From Antedon mediterranea (taxonomy: Eukaryota > Animalia > Echinodermata): DNA of 64,000 nt. The position numbers were made by a program, and so were the translations under genes. Under the pieces are notes generated by a model. It saw only the letters and a program-made list of their open reading frames with translations. It ran no database searches and had not been told where the DNA came from. Shown piece by piece: positions 37,181 to 62,098 of the stretch; positions within the stretch are counted from its first letter, which is position 1; every line of letters starts with the position of its first letter. The stretch lies in assembly GCF_964355755.1 (NCBI RefSeq), contig NC_092676.1:30212871-30276870 (forward strand), read 5' to 3'.

Positions 37181-40100
37181 TGTTGACAACAGTGGTTGAA
37201 AAACGATATCGGTTTTAAAATTTTTGTTTTTTGCTTTTTTGCATTTAAACACATTTTCATAATTATTAAAATCTATTCAATTAAATAATAATTTTTTTCA
37301 TTCTTATATAATAGTAATAATAATTGCCCCTCAATTTGATTTATAAAAAAAATGACCCAGTAAGATCAAAGGTCATGACATTATATGGTGCAGTGAGGAA
37401 TTTATCACATGGATATGTGTTGGTGACTATTATTTGTTGGCTATTTGTTAGCAATAATAGTATTGAAAGTTTAAAAGTGCAATAGGCTAGTTAGGTTGTC
37501 AGTACATGCTACATTATATCTAAGTCCTATAATACGTAGTAGCTATGTTTAAAACTGCACGTTGTAGTTTAAAGTAGTCACCTCATCCTAATCATTCCTT
37601 CAACCAAATCTTATTTGTATGTTGTTTCTTAATTTATAGATTTATTATATTTATTAGTGCAAATGATGTAAATTATATGTGAAATATTATGAAGCAAGAA
37701 TGTAAATGCTTGATACAAATAATGTTACAGTATTATTATTAATATTGATTTACTAATAACAATTTGAAACTAATTATATGTTTACTTACAATTTTTATGT
37801 ATTTAATACATTTTTCTCGTTCTTTCAAGATTGCAGGTTTTGTTTGCAGGATATAGCTTATGACTTTGGTTGACTAAAAAAAGGCATTATATACAACTAC
37901 ATACATGGTCAATTGGTATAAGAGGAAAATATATATATTTAGTAGTGTTATTTATACCATGAAACGTGTAATCTAGTTTAGAAAGATTTCAAGTAACAAA
38001 ACCATATACAAACTATTATATGACATACGATAGTTTTAAAATACTTGACGATGTTCATAAAATATATATAAAAAAGAATAAAAATAAGACAGCTCTTTAT
38101 GGTAATTTGGTTAAAACTGAAATACACAATTAAGATGATGCAATATTAAACCAAGTGTTGATTTGTTTGGTTTCAAGCATCAAGTGTAAAATAAAAATAA
38201 TAATAACTGTATAAAAACACCATGCAAAACAATATAAACATTTAGTTAGGTTTAAAACATAATATATTAATTTTGAAGCTTCGTTGTATACAGTATTTGT
38301 TATAAAGTTTTCATCAAACCTTTTATCACAGTCTTAGTTTAGGCATGAATAAATGTATAAAGCAATTTTAAAACCCCAGCATTTTTGGTTTTGTAATGTT
38401 CTACAACATTGATATATTAATAAACACGCTGTAAAAAGCAAAAATATAAAAAATACGCAAAAGTGCTAAACAAAAAAAAACCAAGTGATGTATGAAAATA
38501 TCTTGTTATGAATATAAAAATGATGTTAAATATATTGATTATGAGTCTCCATATAATATTCTATTATATAAATATAGACAGTGTATATTGTTGTGTTTTA
38601 TTGATGCTTATGTCATAATTGTAAGCCATTCTGCTAGGTATGATTGACACCAAACAAACGTTAATTATTTCAAACTTATTTTGTAAGAAACTTTATATTG
38701 TGGTTTATTTATCAATTTCTTACCCCATCAATTCTGATCTCTTAACTCACAGTCATTCCAACGTCCATTAGTTGAACAAAAGTTACAACATGCTATAATA
38801 GTTGTTCTCATAAACCACAATTTTAAATTGACAAACTTTAATTCTCTTAATATTATTAAGATTTAAAAAACGTATGCATGAAAATCCAATCACATTTGTA
38901 AATAAATTTCGATGTTAAATTCGTGTTAAAATATATATGTACTCATTTGTATAAAATCCATGACCAAACGTGTGTCTGCATTATCAATATAAGAATTTTA
39001 ACAACAATTCATTTTTGAAAATCTTAACACCATTATGAACATTTCAAATAGTTTTGGGGGAATTTCTGTAAAATATTTTTACATTTGTGAAGTCATTAAT
39101 TTGCTTTAACAGTATTGTAGTAAATTTAGCAAGACACTTCTTAATATTATTGTGAATCATATACAAACAAATCATATTTTATTGCTATATAAAATGCACA
39201 TTATTTTATACCATCATATTATTGTAACCCAAAAGATAATTGTATTAAAAATATAAGTCTAATCCGTTCATCTGTTGCAGCCATTTGATAAACTTTCTTC
39301 TGGTTTTTCCACCGGTATAATTTCTTAAGTAGGTGCTTGATACATTGTGGTGTTCTAATGTTTAAAACCGATCTGATGCATGATATTTATATTGAATTAT
39401 TTTTTAATTTATGTTTTTAATATTATTAACTTTTATTTAACTATTCATCTTAGTATTATTTAATTAATTTTATTTCTTGTAATTTAAATTTACCTCAAAA
39501 TTCAAACTATTTTTTACCAGATTCATTCCTTTTATACATTCCACTCGTGTGAAGCAAGCCCCATGGTTTTGGAATATTTCATAGGTCACGCTGTTTTAGT
39601 GTATTTGAACGATTATTTACTAATATATGTATTTGTCACTGTTTTTATGCACGCAATAGCTGCTTAGGCAGCTAATTTAAACATCAAAATTAAGACAAAA
39701 ATGTATATAACAGTTGCGATTGTACTTTATATGCTTAAAATGTCAGGCTACAGTATATGATAAATTATATTACTAAATCAAGCTAATATCTGTGTATGTG
39801 TATAATAGCTAACAAGCTATACCAATAAGCCTAAATCAAGCTAATAATCAGTATGTGTATAATAGCTAACCAGCTATACCAATCAGTTTTACATCAATGC
39901 AATTATTGGCCCAAATTATCAGCTTGCAGTCACAATGTAAAATAATGGTAACCATGCCGACATAGTTTTAAAAAGATCATATTTAGTATAATGTTTGTCA
40001 TAGTATGTTTATTTATTCTACAATCGCCAACATTCTTATTTGATAAATTAACAACCAAATATAATTTAATGTTCACGATACTGGATTGAACATTGTAATG

Positions 40101-40209
40101 TGTTCAATAAATCTATTGTTAAATTCTTGTTTCTCTAATAACAGTATTGAACTCTGAATTAGTTTAATAATGAATATGTGCTGTTGTTAATGAAAATCAC
40201 ACACATTAT

Positions 40210-41651
40210 GTGTCATTATCTCATATCATTAAAGGCTCAGAGAAGTATGTCACTTGTCTCATTCATTAAAGGCTCAGAGAAGTATGTCACTTATCTCATA
40301 TCATTAAAGGCTCAGAGAAGTATGTCACTTGTCTCATATCATTAAAGGCTCAGAGAAGTATGTCACTTGTCTCATATCATTAAAGGCTCAGAGAAGTATG
40401 TCACTTATCTCATATCATTAAAGGCTCAGAGAAGTATGTCACTTGTCTCATATCATTAAAGGCTCAGAGAAGTATGTCACTTGTCTCATATCATTAAAGG
40501 CTCAGAGAAGTATGTCACTTATCTCATATCATTAAAGGCTCAGAGAAGTATGTCACTTGTCTCATATCATTAAAGGCTCAGAGAAGTATGTCACTTGTCT
40601 CATATCATTAAAGGCTCAGAGAAGTATGTCACTTATCTCATATCATTAAAGGCTCAGAGAAGTATGTCACTTGTCTCATTCATTAAAGGCTCAGAGAAGT
40701 ATGTCACTTGTCTCATTCATTAAAGGCTCAGAGAAGTATGTCACTTGTCTCATTCATTAAAGGCTCAGAGAAGTATGTCACTTATCTCATATCATTAAAG
40801 GCTCAGAGAAGTATGTCACTTGTCTCATATCATTAAAGGCTCAGAGAAGTATGTCACTTGTCTCATATCATTAAAGGCTCAGAGAAGTATGTCACTTATC
40901 TCATATCATTAAAGGCTCAGAGAAGTATGTCACTTGTCTCATATCATTAAAGGCTCAGAGAAGTATGTCACTTATCTCATATCATTAAAGGCTCAGAGAA
41001 GTATGTCACTTGTCTCATTCATTAAAGGCTCAGAGAAGTATGTCACTTGTCTCATTCATTAAAGGCTCAGAGAAGTATGTCACTTGTCTCATTCATTAAA
41101 GGCTCAGAGAAGTATGTCACTTGTCTCATTCATTAAAGGCTCAGAGAAGTATGTCACTTATCTCATATCATTAAAGGCTCAGAGAAGTATGTCACTTGTC
41201 TCATATCATTAAAGGCTCAGAGAAGTATGTCACTTGTCTCATTCATTAAAGGCTCAGAGAAGTGTCACTTGTCTCATTCATTAAAGGCTCAGAGAAGTAT
41301 GTCACTTGTCTCATTCATTAAAGGCTCAGAGAAGTATGTCACTTGTCTCATTCATTAAAGGCTCAGAGAAGTATGTCACTTGTCTCATTCATTAAAGGCT
41401 CAGAGAAGTATGTCACTTGTCTCATTCATTAAAGGCTCAGAGAAGTATGTCACTTGTCTCATTCATTAAAGGCTCAGAGAAGTATGTCACTTGTCTCATT
41501 CATTAAAGGCTCAGAGAAGTATGTCACTTGTCTCATTCATTAAAGGCTCAGAGAAGTATGTCACTTGTCTCATTCATTAAAGGCTCAGAGAAGTATGTCA
41601 CTTGTCTCATTCATTAAAGGCTCAGAGAAGTATGTCACTTGTCTCATTCAT
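40210..41651. repeat. 37/38-bp minisatellite, ~38 copies, between the convergent tomosyn and NDUFAF4 3' ends
   Basis: TCATTAAAGGCTCAGAGAAGTATGTCACTT(G/A)TCTCAT(A). Confidence 0.97.
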
Positions 41652-41970
41652 TTGTTTTTGGCTAAACACCACTATCATACTTAAAATGAAACTTGCGTGT
41701 AAAGTCGTTTTGCAAGAAAAGGCATCTCTATCAAGACTCGATTGTTGGGTTAAAAAATGCTTATGGATGCAAATTTGTTCAATGTTAAAATACCTGAATA
41801 TTCAAATGATTGCAAACACAAAATTCCCGTAAATCACTTTATTTATATCTGTAAAAGAATCACACTAATTTATTATTGATTCATACGCTAAGGAGTAGTC
41901 AAATTAAAGTGTAGACGGCTCAATAAAACACATGTAACTGTAGTCCTATAAATAATTGTTTTGCTATACA

Positions 41971-42883
41971 TCATGCAATTGATTTAGTTAATATTTTTCC
42001 TTGGGGTATAGATGGCACCTTATTGTCTTCTTTGGGTCCAATTGGGACCACTTTGAATGATTGGAAATACTCTAAAATGTTCGCAACATCTAATGGATTC
42101 AACTTATATTCTTCTGCAAGTCTTTCTACTGGCCATTCATTTCTGTTTCTTTGATATTTTGCAAGTAATTGTAATGCTTGTGACACGGACAATCTACCGT
42201 CTGGTACCTGGTCATCATTATTCCACAACTCTGTCGATTCTGGTTGTCGCAATCGGTCAGCAGGCAAAACTCTCGAGTCTTTCGGCCTATTATTAAACTG
42301 TGAAGCGAAAATTTGATATATTTTTTTTTATATTTAAATATAAACATACAAAATAATTATTCCTTACATTTGTCTGTAATAGTATACTTACTTTTGGATC
42401 ATTACCGGACGAATCCACATTAACACTCTGTAGCATTGTCAATAGATTATTATCCTTCTTTTGAAAACGTTTAATATCATCACTGTCAGTAGCAACAATA
42501 GGGCTAACATTTTTATCTACAAATAAACATATTTTTTATTTATTTAATGCCACTTTTTAAATAAATTCTCAATAAATATTATTACACGGACAATTTCTTT
42601 ACAATAACTATATAAGGTGAGGTATAAAACTCGTAATATAATTATTTAGGCCTAGTATAATTGCATACTCTACACTCATGAGCGTCCCTAAAAACAGGGA
42701 CGAATTGACTACGTGGAAATCGTCTGAGAAGCAATACTCGATCCCTGCTGCTGTAAAGAACTTACATTTACTTGTGGTTGGGGTAGCATACTTTGGAGCT
42801 GGTTTTGGTTGCCGATCAAGTAACCGATGCGCCCTGTTTTCAACATTGAAGTTTTTAACTCCTCTTCTTAAAATATTCCCCAT
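41971..42883 (-). CDS. NDUFAF4: NADH:ubiquinone oxidoreductase complex assembly factor 4, 3 exons
   Basis: Exons 42883-42766 (an alternative same-phase donor gives 42772), 42516-42392 and 42297-41971. MG...KNFNVENRAHRLL..PKPAPKY, KKDNNLLTMLQSVNVDS and VPDGRLSVSQALQLL...W..ERLAEEYKL..DV..ILEYF match the NDUFAF4 family pattern. Confidence 0.92.
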
Positions 42884-43118
42884 TTATATTGTATTAAATC
42901 TGGGTTTATTTTTTAAGTAAACCACTTTTTCTGTACTCGCGGCTAGTAAGCTAGGCCTCCATGCTCGATTCTCTCTGATGTCTGATCATCTGAGCTGGGA
43001 TCGTTTTTTTAATTAATTAAAAAAACGTCAAATTTCAAGAATTCACGTCAACTGTGCTTTGTGACGCGTTACTGATTTCTCACTGATAAATAATATGAAA
43101 TTATTTTAACAACTTTTT

Positions 43119-43717
43119 TGTGGAAAGTGGGAGGACAATGGGACTTTTAAACGGTATTCGTATCTATAAGGCTAGATGATTTTGCGAGAAATGTTGTGTA
43201 AATTCCAGTCCTATTATTACAATTCAGGACTTTTCTCTTTTCAATACGTGGGCCACCTTTGCAGGTGGGGTGTAAACATTCTTTGCATACATTATCAACC
43301 ATCCATTGATTGAGAGGCTTTATAATTCGTTGTGTTCGTGTAGTTGCCATTCCGATCCTGTTACTGTGATTATGAGAAGTCCTTTATCGCCAACTCGGGT
43401 TTGCAGTATGTACGTAGTATCATATTTTGTAAATAACTATATTAATAAGGGCCATGCACACTTATGGAGAGCGAATCGGGTATGTTAAACATGCCGCGTT
43501 ATATACGAAGCACAGATAAGCTATACTTTTTTTGTCCTGGCTCGTGCTTACGAATAAACGTCTTGTTGAAAATATGTTTGTTTGTCCCGAGGGACCACAC
43601 CCCGGAACGTCTGCAATCTGTCGCTCCTGGTCCAGGGTGTCGCCACTTCCTCCCCCCCCCCCACCCCCGACGACGGAACTTCCTACCCATGGCACACCTC
43701 GCACACAACTTTCCACA
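43119..43717. mobile_element. LTR-like or short-TIR element, 599 bp, TG...CA
   Basis: Perfect 10-bp inverted ends TGTGGAAAGT / ACTTTCCACA. TATA-like 43500 and AATAAA 43553 on the + strand. No TSD and no second copy in the window. Confidence 0.4.
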
Positions 43718-44034
43718 CGTCCCCATACTAAATTATTTCTAATGTCTTTCTTTTTTATAGGTGTACGGTTGGATTTTAGATAATGTTTGTATTTGATTAT
43801 ATTTTAAATTGGTCAATATCTGATAATGATCAATGATGATGAACAAAATAAATTCAATATCAAAATTTGACATAACTGTAAACCCTTTCAGTTGATTTTT
43901 GTAAATCAAAGAGGTTTTTTGCCTTGGATTTATATATCAAGATTTTTTTATTGGATTTGTTTTTTGATATCAAGATTTTGCCTTGGATTGAACATCTTCA
44001 AACATAGTAAGAACTAACATGGAACCGAAAAAAT

Positions 44035-44170
44035 AATATAGAGATACTATATTAATATAGAGATACTATATTAATATAGAGATACTATATTAATATAGTG
44101 ATACTATATTAATATAGTGATACTATATTAATATAGTGATACTATATTAATATAGTGATACTATATTAAT
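44035..44170. repeat. 19-bp near-palindromic minisatellite, ~7 copies
   Basis: AATATAG(A/T)GATACTATATT. Confidence 0.95.
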
Positions 44171-45171
44171 TTTTTGGTTCAAATATTAACATACTACAGG
44201 ATGAATATAACATGAAGATGTTGCCGCCATTTTTGTTTCAGGGTTAATATACGCGATAATATTCAATATATTTGGTTGTTATTAGAGCTGATGTATGTAT
44301 TATATTCACGTAATGATATGATACGCATGTCCGTTCTTTTTTGTGCCCATTGCTTTTGTCATTAAGTCTGGAATTAAGATGTTGTCTGGAGCTATCGGGA
44401 AGAGTGAAATGTATGGAACGCTAACGTTATTTTCCCCAAAAAACGCATATATCGAACACTCTCCAACCCTAAAGGATTTTAATCCACCAACGGTACTATT
44501 GATAAGGACACATCAAAACTGAAAAGGCATCAAACAAAGTAAGTATAATCATAAGCTTAGGACATATCGGGTACAGTTCCAATTCGAATCATAATAGTAA
44601 AACTATAAAACCAGTGTTACAATATGATATTTATTTGAAAAGCTTCCGTCCCCTTTTGATATTCACTTTATTTACTAATTTAATATCTTTTCATTATCAT
44701 TCATTTTTCTTTTATCATACATTTTGTTCTTTCCACATTTTTCTATATTATCATTCATTTTTGTTATTTGATCTGATATTAACATTTCTGATTTTTAATT
44801 TTAGCATGATGACCCCTCCTGTGTCCGGGGGACTATTTAAATCATTCATCTTGTTCAAATTTTGTTTTCAGGTTCAAAGAGGTGAACGAACGCGCGATCA
44901 TTCATACATATTTTTACATTAATTAATTAAAGGGTGACGGAGGCTCAATCATAATAAATATAATACACAGCTACAGTTCAATATACAGTTCATTTTATCT
45001 CCTGTCGTGAACTTGTTATTGACAGAAAATGTTATTTTATAGTAGGCCTGATACTTTTAGTAGATAAAGTGGCCTATATAGAAAGTATAGGCCTAATGTT
45101 CTTAATTATAATTTAAGCGTAAATACCATTAGAAATATTATAGAAACATACAACAGTTTTTCTGTTCCGAT

Positions 45172-45372
45172 ACCCCTTGCCGTATCCACAGGAATAGACC
45201 TCTATACTAGTAATCTAATCTAGGCATTTGGTTGACCCTCACCCTTGCCGTATCCACAGGAATAGACATCTATACTAGTAATCTAATCTAGGCATTTGGT
45301 TGACCCTAACCCTTGCCGTATCCACAGGAATAGACCTCTATACTAGTAATCTAATCTAGGCATTTGGTTGAT
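45172..45372. repeat. 68-bp tandem repeat x3
   Basis: CCCTTGCCGTATCCACAGGAATAGAC...CTAGGCATTTGGTTGA. Confidence 0.95.
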
Positions 45373-45516
45373 GACCAATTTGAAATGTCGGAGACTTAAA
45401 GGATCTTGTACCTAACGTATAGTTTTGCCGTAATAATGGAATACCTAAATACTATAAATTATATAAACATTAAAATATGTATTTATATTTAAGTTATTGG
45501 GCCTATACCATCGGAG

Positions 45517-47900
45517 ATAAGGACGGATTTGTCGATGTCTACGTCGTCCAAAGATGCCTTACAGGGTCTGGTACGTATACGTATTTTCCGTATAATGGAA
45601 TGGTCCTACATTAAATATGCATTTAATATTTATATTATATTAGGCCTCCTATGCTATTTTTAACAGATAATGATGAACTTGTCGATGATGGTTACGTCGT
45701 CCAAAGATGAAAACGGCAACGGATGAGTTACGCACGTGCGCACAAGGTACGTGTGTACACCAGAAGTGAAAAGTATTAGAGCTTATTTATACTGCAATAT
45801 TAATTCTGATTTTAATTTTTAAATTGTTCGGGTCGGTTTGGGGCTTAAGTCCTACTACAACTAATTATCAAAGATGGGGGTGTCCTTTTTAAAATTAAAC
45901 CGAATTTAGTGGCATAAAAAACATGAATGATCCCACCAAAGTATGGTGTAGCAAATGTATGTTGAGGACAGGAGTATACGCTTTTCCAAAGATGAAAACT
46001 GATATACGTACCAGAAAACTGAACTATAGTGCCTAAATTCTGCTTTTATAATTAAATTGTTAGATCGTCATTTTCGGAGCGGTACGATGGTCACATGCTG
46101 AGCTGAAACTGAAATGATCATACTGTATGATCTCTACTGATTGTACGTATGCCCTTTTATATATAGTTTAACATATCATACAAAAATAGATGGCCTGCTA
46201 AAGTATCTACAATTGTGTACAAAATAAATCTTCTTTATTATTTTATTTTATTTTAAGCATGGATGGATAATGGTTTGCCGATTTCAGCTACACACGTCTA
46301 AAAACGGCAACGGGACACTACGGACACGTCACCACGTAAAGGTACGTGATACACCAAGAAACAATGAAACTATAATCCATGTTAACTATCTAGCTGCTTT
46401 TGTTTACAGATTGTTCTGGGCCACGTTACACCGTGAACTCATTCCAATAAAAATAGATGCGTTATCTGTATGGTAAGTATGTCATTTCAATTAAGCATAA
46501 TGTTCAGTGGCGTTGACTGGCCTAAATATTACGGTATAGAAAATATGGGCATTATTATGTTATTCTCTTTTAAACAGATTGATGACGGACTTGCCGACCT
46601 GTGCCAAGACACCTGGGCCTATAGGAGACTTACAGATTGATGACGGACTTGCCGACCTGTGCCAAGACACCTGGGCCTATAGGAGACTTACAGATTGATG
46701 ACGGACTTGCCGACCTGTGCCAAGACACCTGGGCCTATAGGAGACTTACAGATTGATGACGGACTTGCCGACCTGTGCCAAGACACCTGGGCCTATAGGA
46801 GACTTCATTGGTATTACATACGTGCCCGCATACGTGACCACGAATGTACGCAGGAGCAACACACTACCGGTATGAAACTTCACACAGTAGACCTTAAATT
46901 GCCATGACATTATTGTAGTAGTAAATATGGAAATTATAAAAAGTATTTGTATTTTAAAGAAAATGAATTGTCGACTTGGGTTACGTCATCTGTCAACGTT
47001 AAAATGGACAACATACAACACAACTTATTAGTTAAATGCGTCGTTGGGTACATATGCTTATTTTGAAACGAGTGTCGTAGACAATGAATGGGTTCTGTAC
47101 GAAATTATATAAATAGGCTATATTGTGATGTCACACTGAAGAAATGTTATTTTATTAACAGATTGATGACGTAATATCTAACTATAAGACGGTCCGGGAT
47201 AAACACAACGTAAATTAAAAGGTACGTATAATATATACCATGGAGAAAATAAACGGTAAAACTAAAATAATATTACCAATTAGTCTGCTTTTAATTTGTA
47301 TAGACTGTTGACCGGTGAAGACGAGGAACACCAATCAAAATCGTTTTGCGTATAGTTGTACGGTACGTATCCACCTTTTTCAAGTCATCGTTTTGGCGTT
47401 ATTGTTACTTAGTTATTTAATGAAAATTAATAATTACGTTAATTTTACGTTATGATAAATACGTCACAGTACAACTGCGTTACCATGCATGGTGCCAAAG
47501 GAACGCACTGCTATCACTAGCAGAAATCGCTCTGATTGTATCACGGCGGTCGAGCAGAGCTTCATTGACTCTTTAGACATTTTTGTCAACAAAATAAAAT
47601 ACTGTTGCAAAAACAGCTTCCATAAAAATAAAAAATTTATTTTTTTTTGTTTTATTTTCGAATTCTGTGGAACTAAACATCAAGAATACAGTACAGTCAC
47701 CAAAACGCTGAAGTGGATATCTACTAAGACTGAGGAGAGGACGCTGAAGTGGAAGGATGATGAGTGACACCAAACGTAGGACGCGATTACGAGCAATAAT
47801 GCGGCACCAAGTAGAAAACGGATCGGGTATCGGATGAAGCATAAATCAAGGCGGAGGAAGAGTGGGTACCCCCCACATCAAGGCGGAGGACCATGAACAT
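45517..47900 (+). ncRNA. Putative spliced non-coding transcript or decayed gene made of paralogous mini-exons
   Basis: At least 8 exon-like blocks bounded by AG and GTACGT/GTAAGT/GTATGA, in two alternating classes, with no shared ORF. No expression evidence. Confidence 0.4.
46575..46806 (+). repeat. 58-bp tandem repeat x4 including an acceptor-like CAG
   Basis: CAGATTGATGACGGACTTGCCGACCTGTGCCAAGACACCTGGGCCTATAGGAGACTTA. Confidence 0.95.
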
Positions 47901-48152
47901 TTTAATTCAGCGCAGTTATATAATTATCATAAAATATTTATAAAGTTATTATATTTAAACAAATTCTTAATTTCTATAAATTATTTATATGCGGTTTAAA
48001 TCGTATTTCAGTTACGTCGTATAATTGCACTCATAACACTGCTTTTTACCATAACTTTCTTAATTCACTAATTTGTACTTTCATGCAATGGTATTTACCT
48101 CTCCTTTTTGGCATCCCTCTCTGCTCGCATAGGCTTTCCTTTTCTAGCTTAT

Positions 48153-48262
48153 AAGGTATGTTAGGTCTAGGTATGTAAGTAGGCCAGGTATGCAAGTCCA
48201 GGTATGTAAGTAGGCCAGGTATGCAAGTCCAGGTATGTAAGTAGGCCAGGTATGTAAGCAAG
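48153..48262. repeat. AGGTATG-based compound repeat (17 + 14 bp units)
   Basis: AGGTATGTAAGTAGGCC alternating with AGGTATGCAAGTCC. Confidence 0.85.
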
Positions 48263-48542
48263 TACGCCATAGGTACAGATAGGTTAGGAGAGGTTCTGTA
48301 CCACTGCATCTGCCTATTGTCTTCTTCGCCTGCGTCTAGCGTTTCATCATCTAATTCACTAAATTTCATGCTCATAATTCATAATTCGATAATGTGTTTG
48401 GCTATCAATATTACGTCATGCCGATATGTACCGTGTTTCTATTTTTGTGAATAAAACATGCATTTTGGATATAAATTGCATTGTAATTGTATTTTTTCAA
48501 AGTTGTTTTGTAATTTTTTTTTTTTAAATTGTAATTATGATA

Positions 48543-48692
48543 TGCCTACAAACTTTTTAGTTTGACAAAAAATTGCGATGTGCCCAAAATGATAGTGATG
48601 CTTAAATATGTTAGTGCTATGACATCATCGTGTCCATATATGGGCACATCATATTTTTTTGTCGCATAAAGTTTGATAGTGTAGACAGAGCT
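48543..48692 (-). mobile_element. MITE family A copy
   Basis: Reverse-orientation core ending GATAGTGTAGACAGAGCT-TTA. Confidence 0.85.
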
Positions 48693-49127
48693 TTAGACCG
48701 CAAAAATGGAAAATGTCACGAAATTATAAATTTGTGAACATTTTAAAAGAAGCGGCAAAAACCTTTAAATATGTTTTTGCCGCTTCTTTTAAATTATTTG
48801 TATCACAAACATACCCAGTGGAATTTTCCCCAGCGGGTTTCTATCCACTCGAAAAAGTGTTAAATATGGGTGTCCCTGAAGGTTATAATAAATGTATTGA
48901 TCCATATTTGTCGTCACTTTTCCAAGAACAGAAACTTACATGAACATTTTTCTAAGAGAATCAAGAAAGCATGCCCATCTGATCCGATGTGGAGTCACCA
49001 GTAAATTGAGGTTTAATGATAAACATTATAGTTTTGATCGCATTCTAATTATGATTATTAATAATTTCAATAATTATTTCAATAAATTAAATAATTTATA
49101 CAATTTTCAACAATATTACATTTCTTT

Positions 49128-49420
49128 AAAAGGCAGTGGCTATCAAAGATGATCAATTTTATCCGGCCTCTAGTATGTTCCAGTTGATGCGCAGCGGTCG
49201 GCGATTTCGTTCTATAGTAAGGCCAATGGCACGATTTACAAATAGTTTCTTTCCAGGAGCTATTAGAGCCACATAATGTAGACACTTTTTTGTAATGTTT
49301 TTGAATTCGTGTTGTGTCGTGTTGCGTGTTGGATATTGTGCTCCGCCAACAGAGCATAACAGAATGTCTATGTTTTTTCTTAAAACAAATGATAATAAAT
49401 GATACTTGACTTGACTTTCA
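49128..49420 (+). mobile_element. 5'-truncated Rex1/Babar (CR1/L2 group) LINE
   Basis: Translates to KAVAIKDDQFYPASSMFQLMRSGRRFRSIVRPMARFTNSFFPGAIRAT*, matching the Rex1-type ORF end (FQLLPSGRRYRS...RF.NSFFP.AIR), followed by AATAAA and a (CTTGA)n tail. Confidence 0.8.
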
Positions 49421-50237
49421 TTCAAATATTTGATTCTCTAAACCCAGGAAAGCTGTTTAAAAATTACGTACTCCAAATATACCTCCAAAAAGTCATTTCA
49501 TGGAAAGCAAGCGGCGCCAAAATACAAGCCGGGAAAACAGTATAAGCAATATGCAATCTACATACACCCTTCATAATCTTTCAATTTATTAATTTCCAAC
49601 CTGAAAATCTTTTTATTCTACATATAGGTGGCCTATATAATATTAATTTTAATCAAATTGTCAATATCATTCTATCAAAATGCATAACTCCAGAGTACAA
49701 AGATAAAATGTAACCGCTTTTGTTTATTTTTATAGCTCACGCATGTATTTTTAAAAATTAATATTTTATATAAACTTTAAACATCGTTAGTGCAATATAA
49801 TAATAAATCATACAATTAAATAATAATAATATTTATCTAATTTTAACAATTTTTAGCCTCTTAACTTTTTGTGTGTGTTTTTGTAAATTGTATTTTATAT
49901 TTATATTTTTGTATTTTGCCAGTTTTCAAATCACATTTCTGTTTTTTTTTTTTAAATGGACAATAAAATATATATGACTATGACTATGACAAGCCTATTC
50001 TTTTTTTTGATGCGGTTGCCTTCCATATCGAATTTTGTATTGGCCAACCCATTTGGTTGCCAATTGTGCACCAAAAAACACCTCTGTTAGAAATGAATGA
50101 ACTTTACTTTTGTCGATGATGTCGATCGTGTGTCGCGCGCTTCCTACTCTTTTTCATGACAATGAATTCGATAATTTCTGACTTGTCTAGGCTAGAGTAG
50201 TTTTATTCTATTAATGCCGGTGATATTATAGTTTGTT

Positions 50238-62098
<11,861 letters not shown>

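Noticed and set aside
45667-47175. Box C/D snoRNA cluster (repeated TGATGA)
   Set aside because: TGATGA lies just after acceptor AGs in exon-like blocks, with no consistently placed CTGA D box or terminal stem.
43119-48310. Complete LTR retrotransposon
   Set aside because: No second LTR, no TSD and no gag/pol remnants, and the primer-binding-site-like motif is imperfect.
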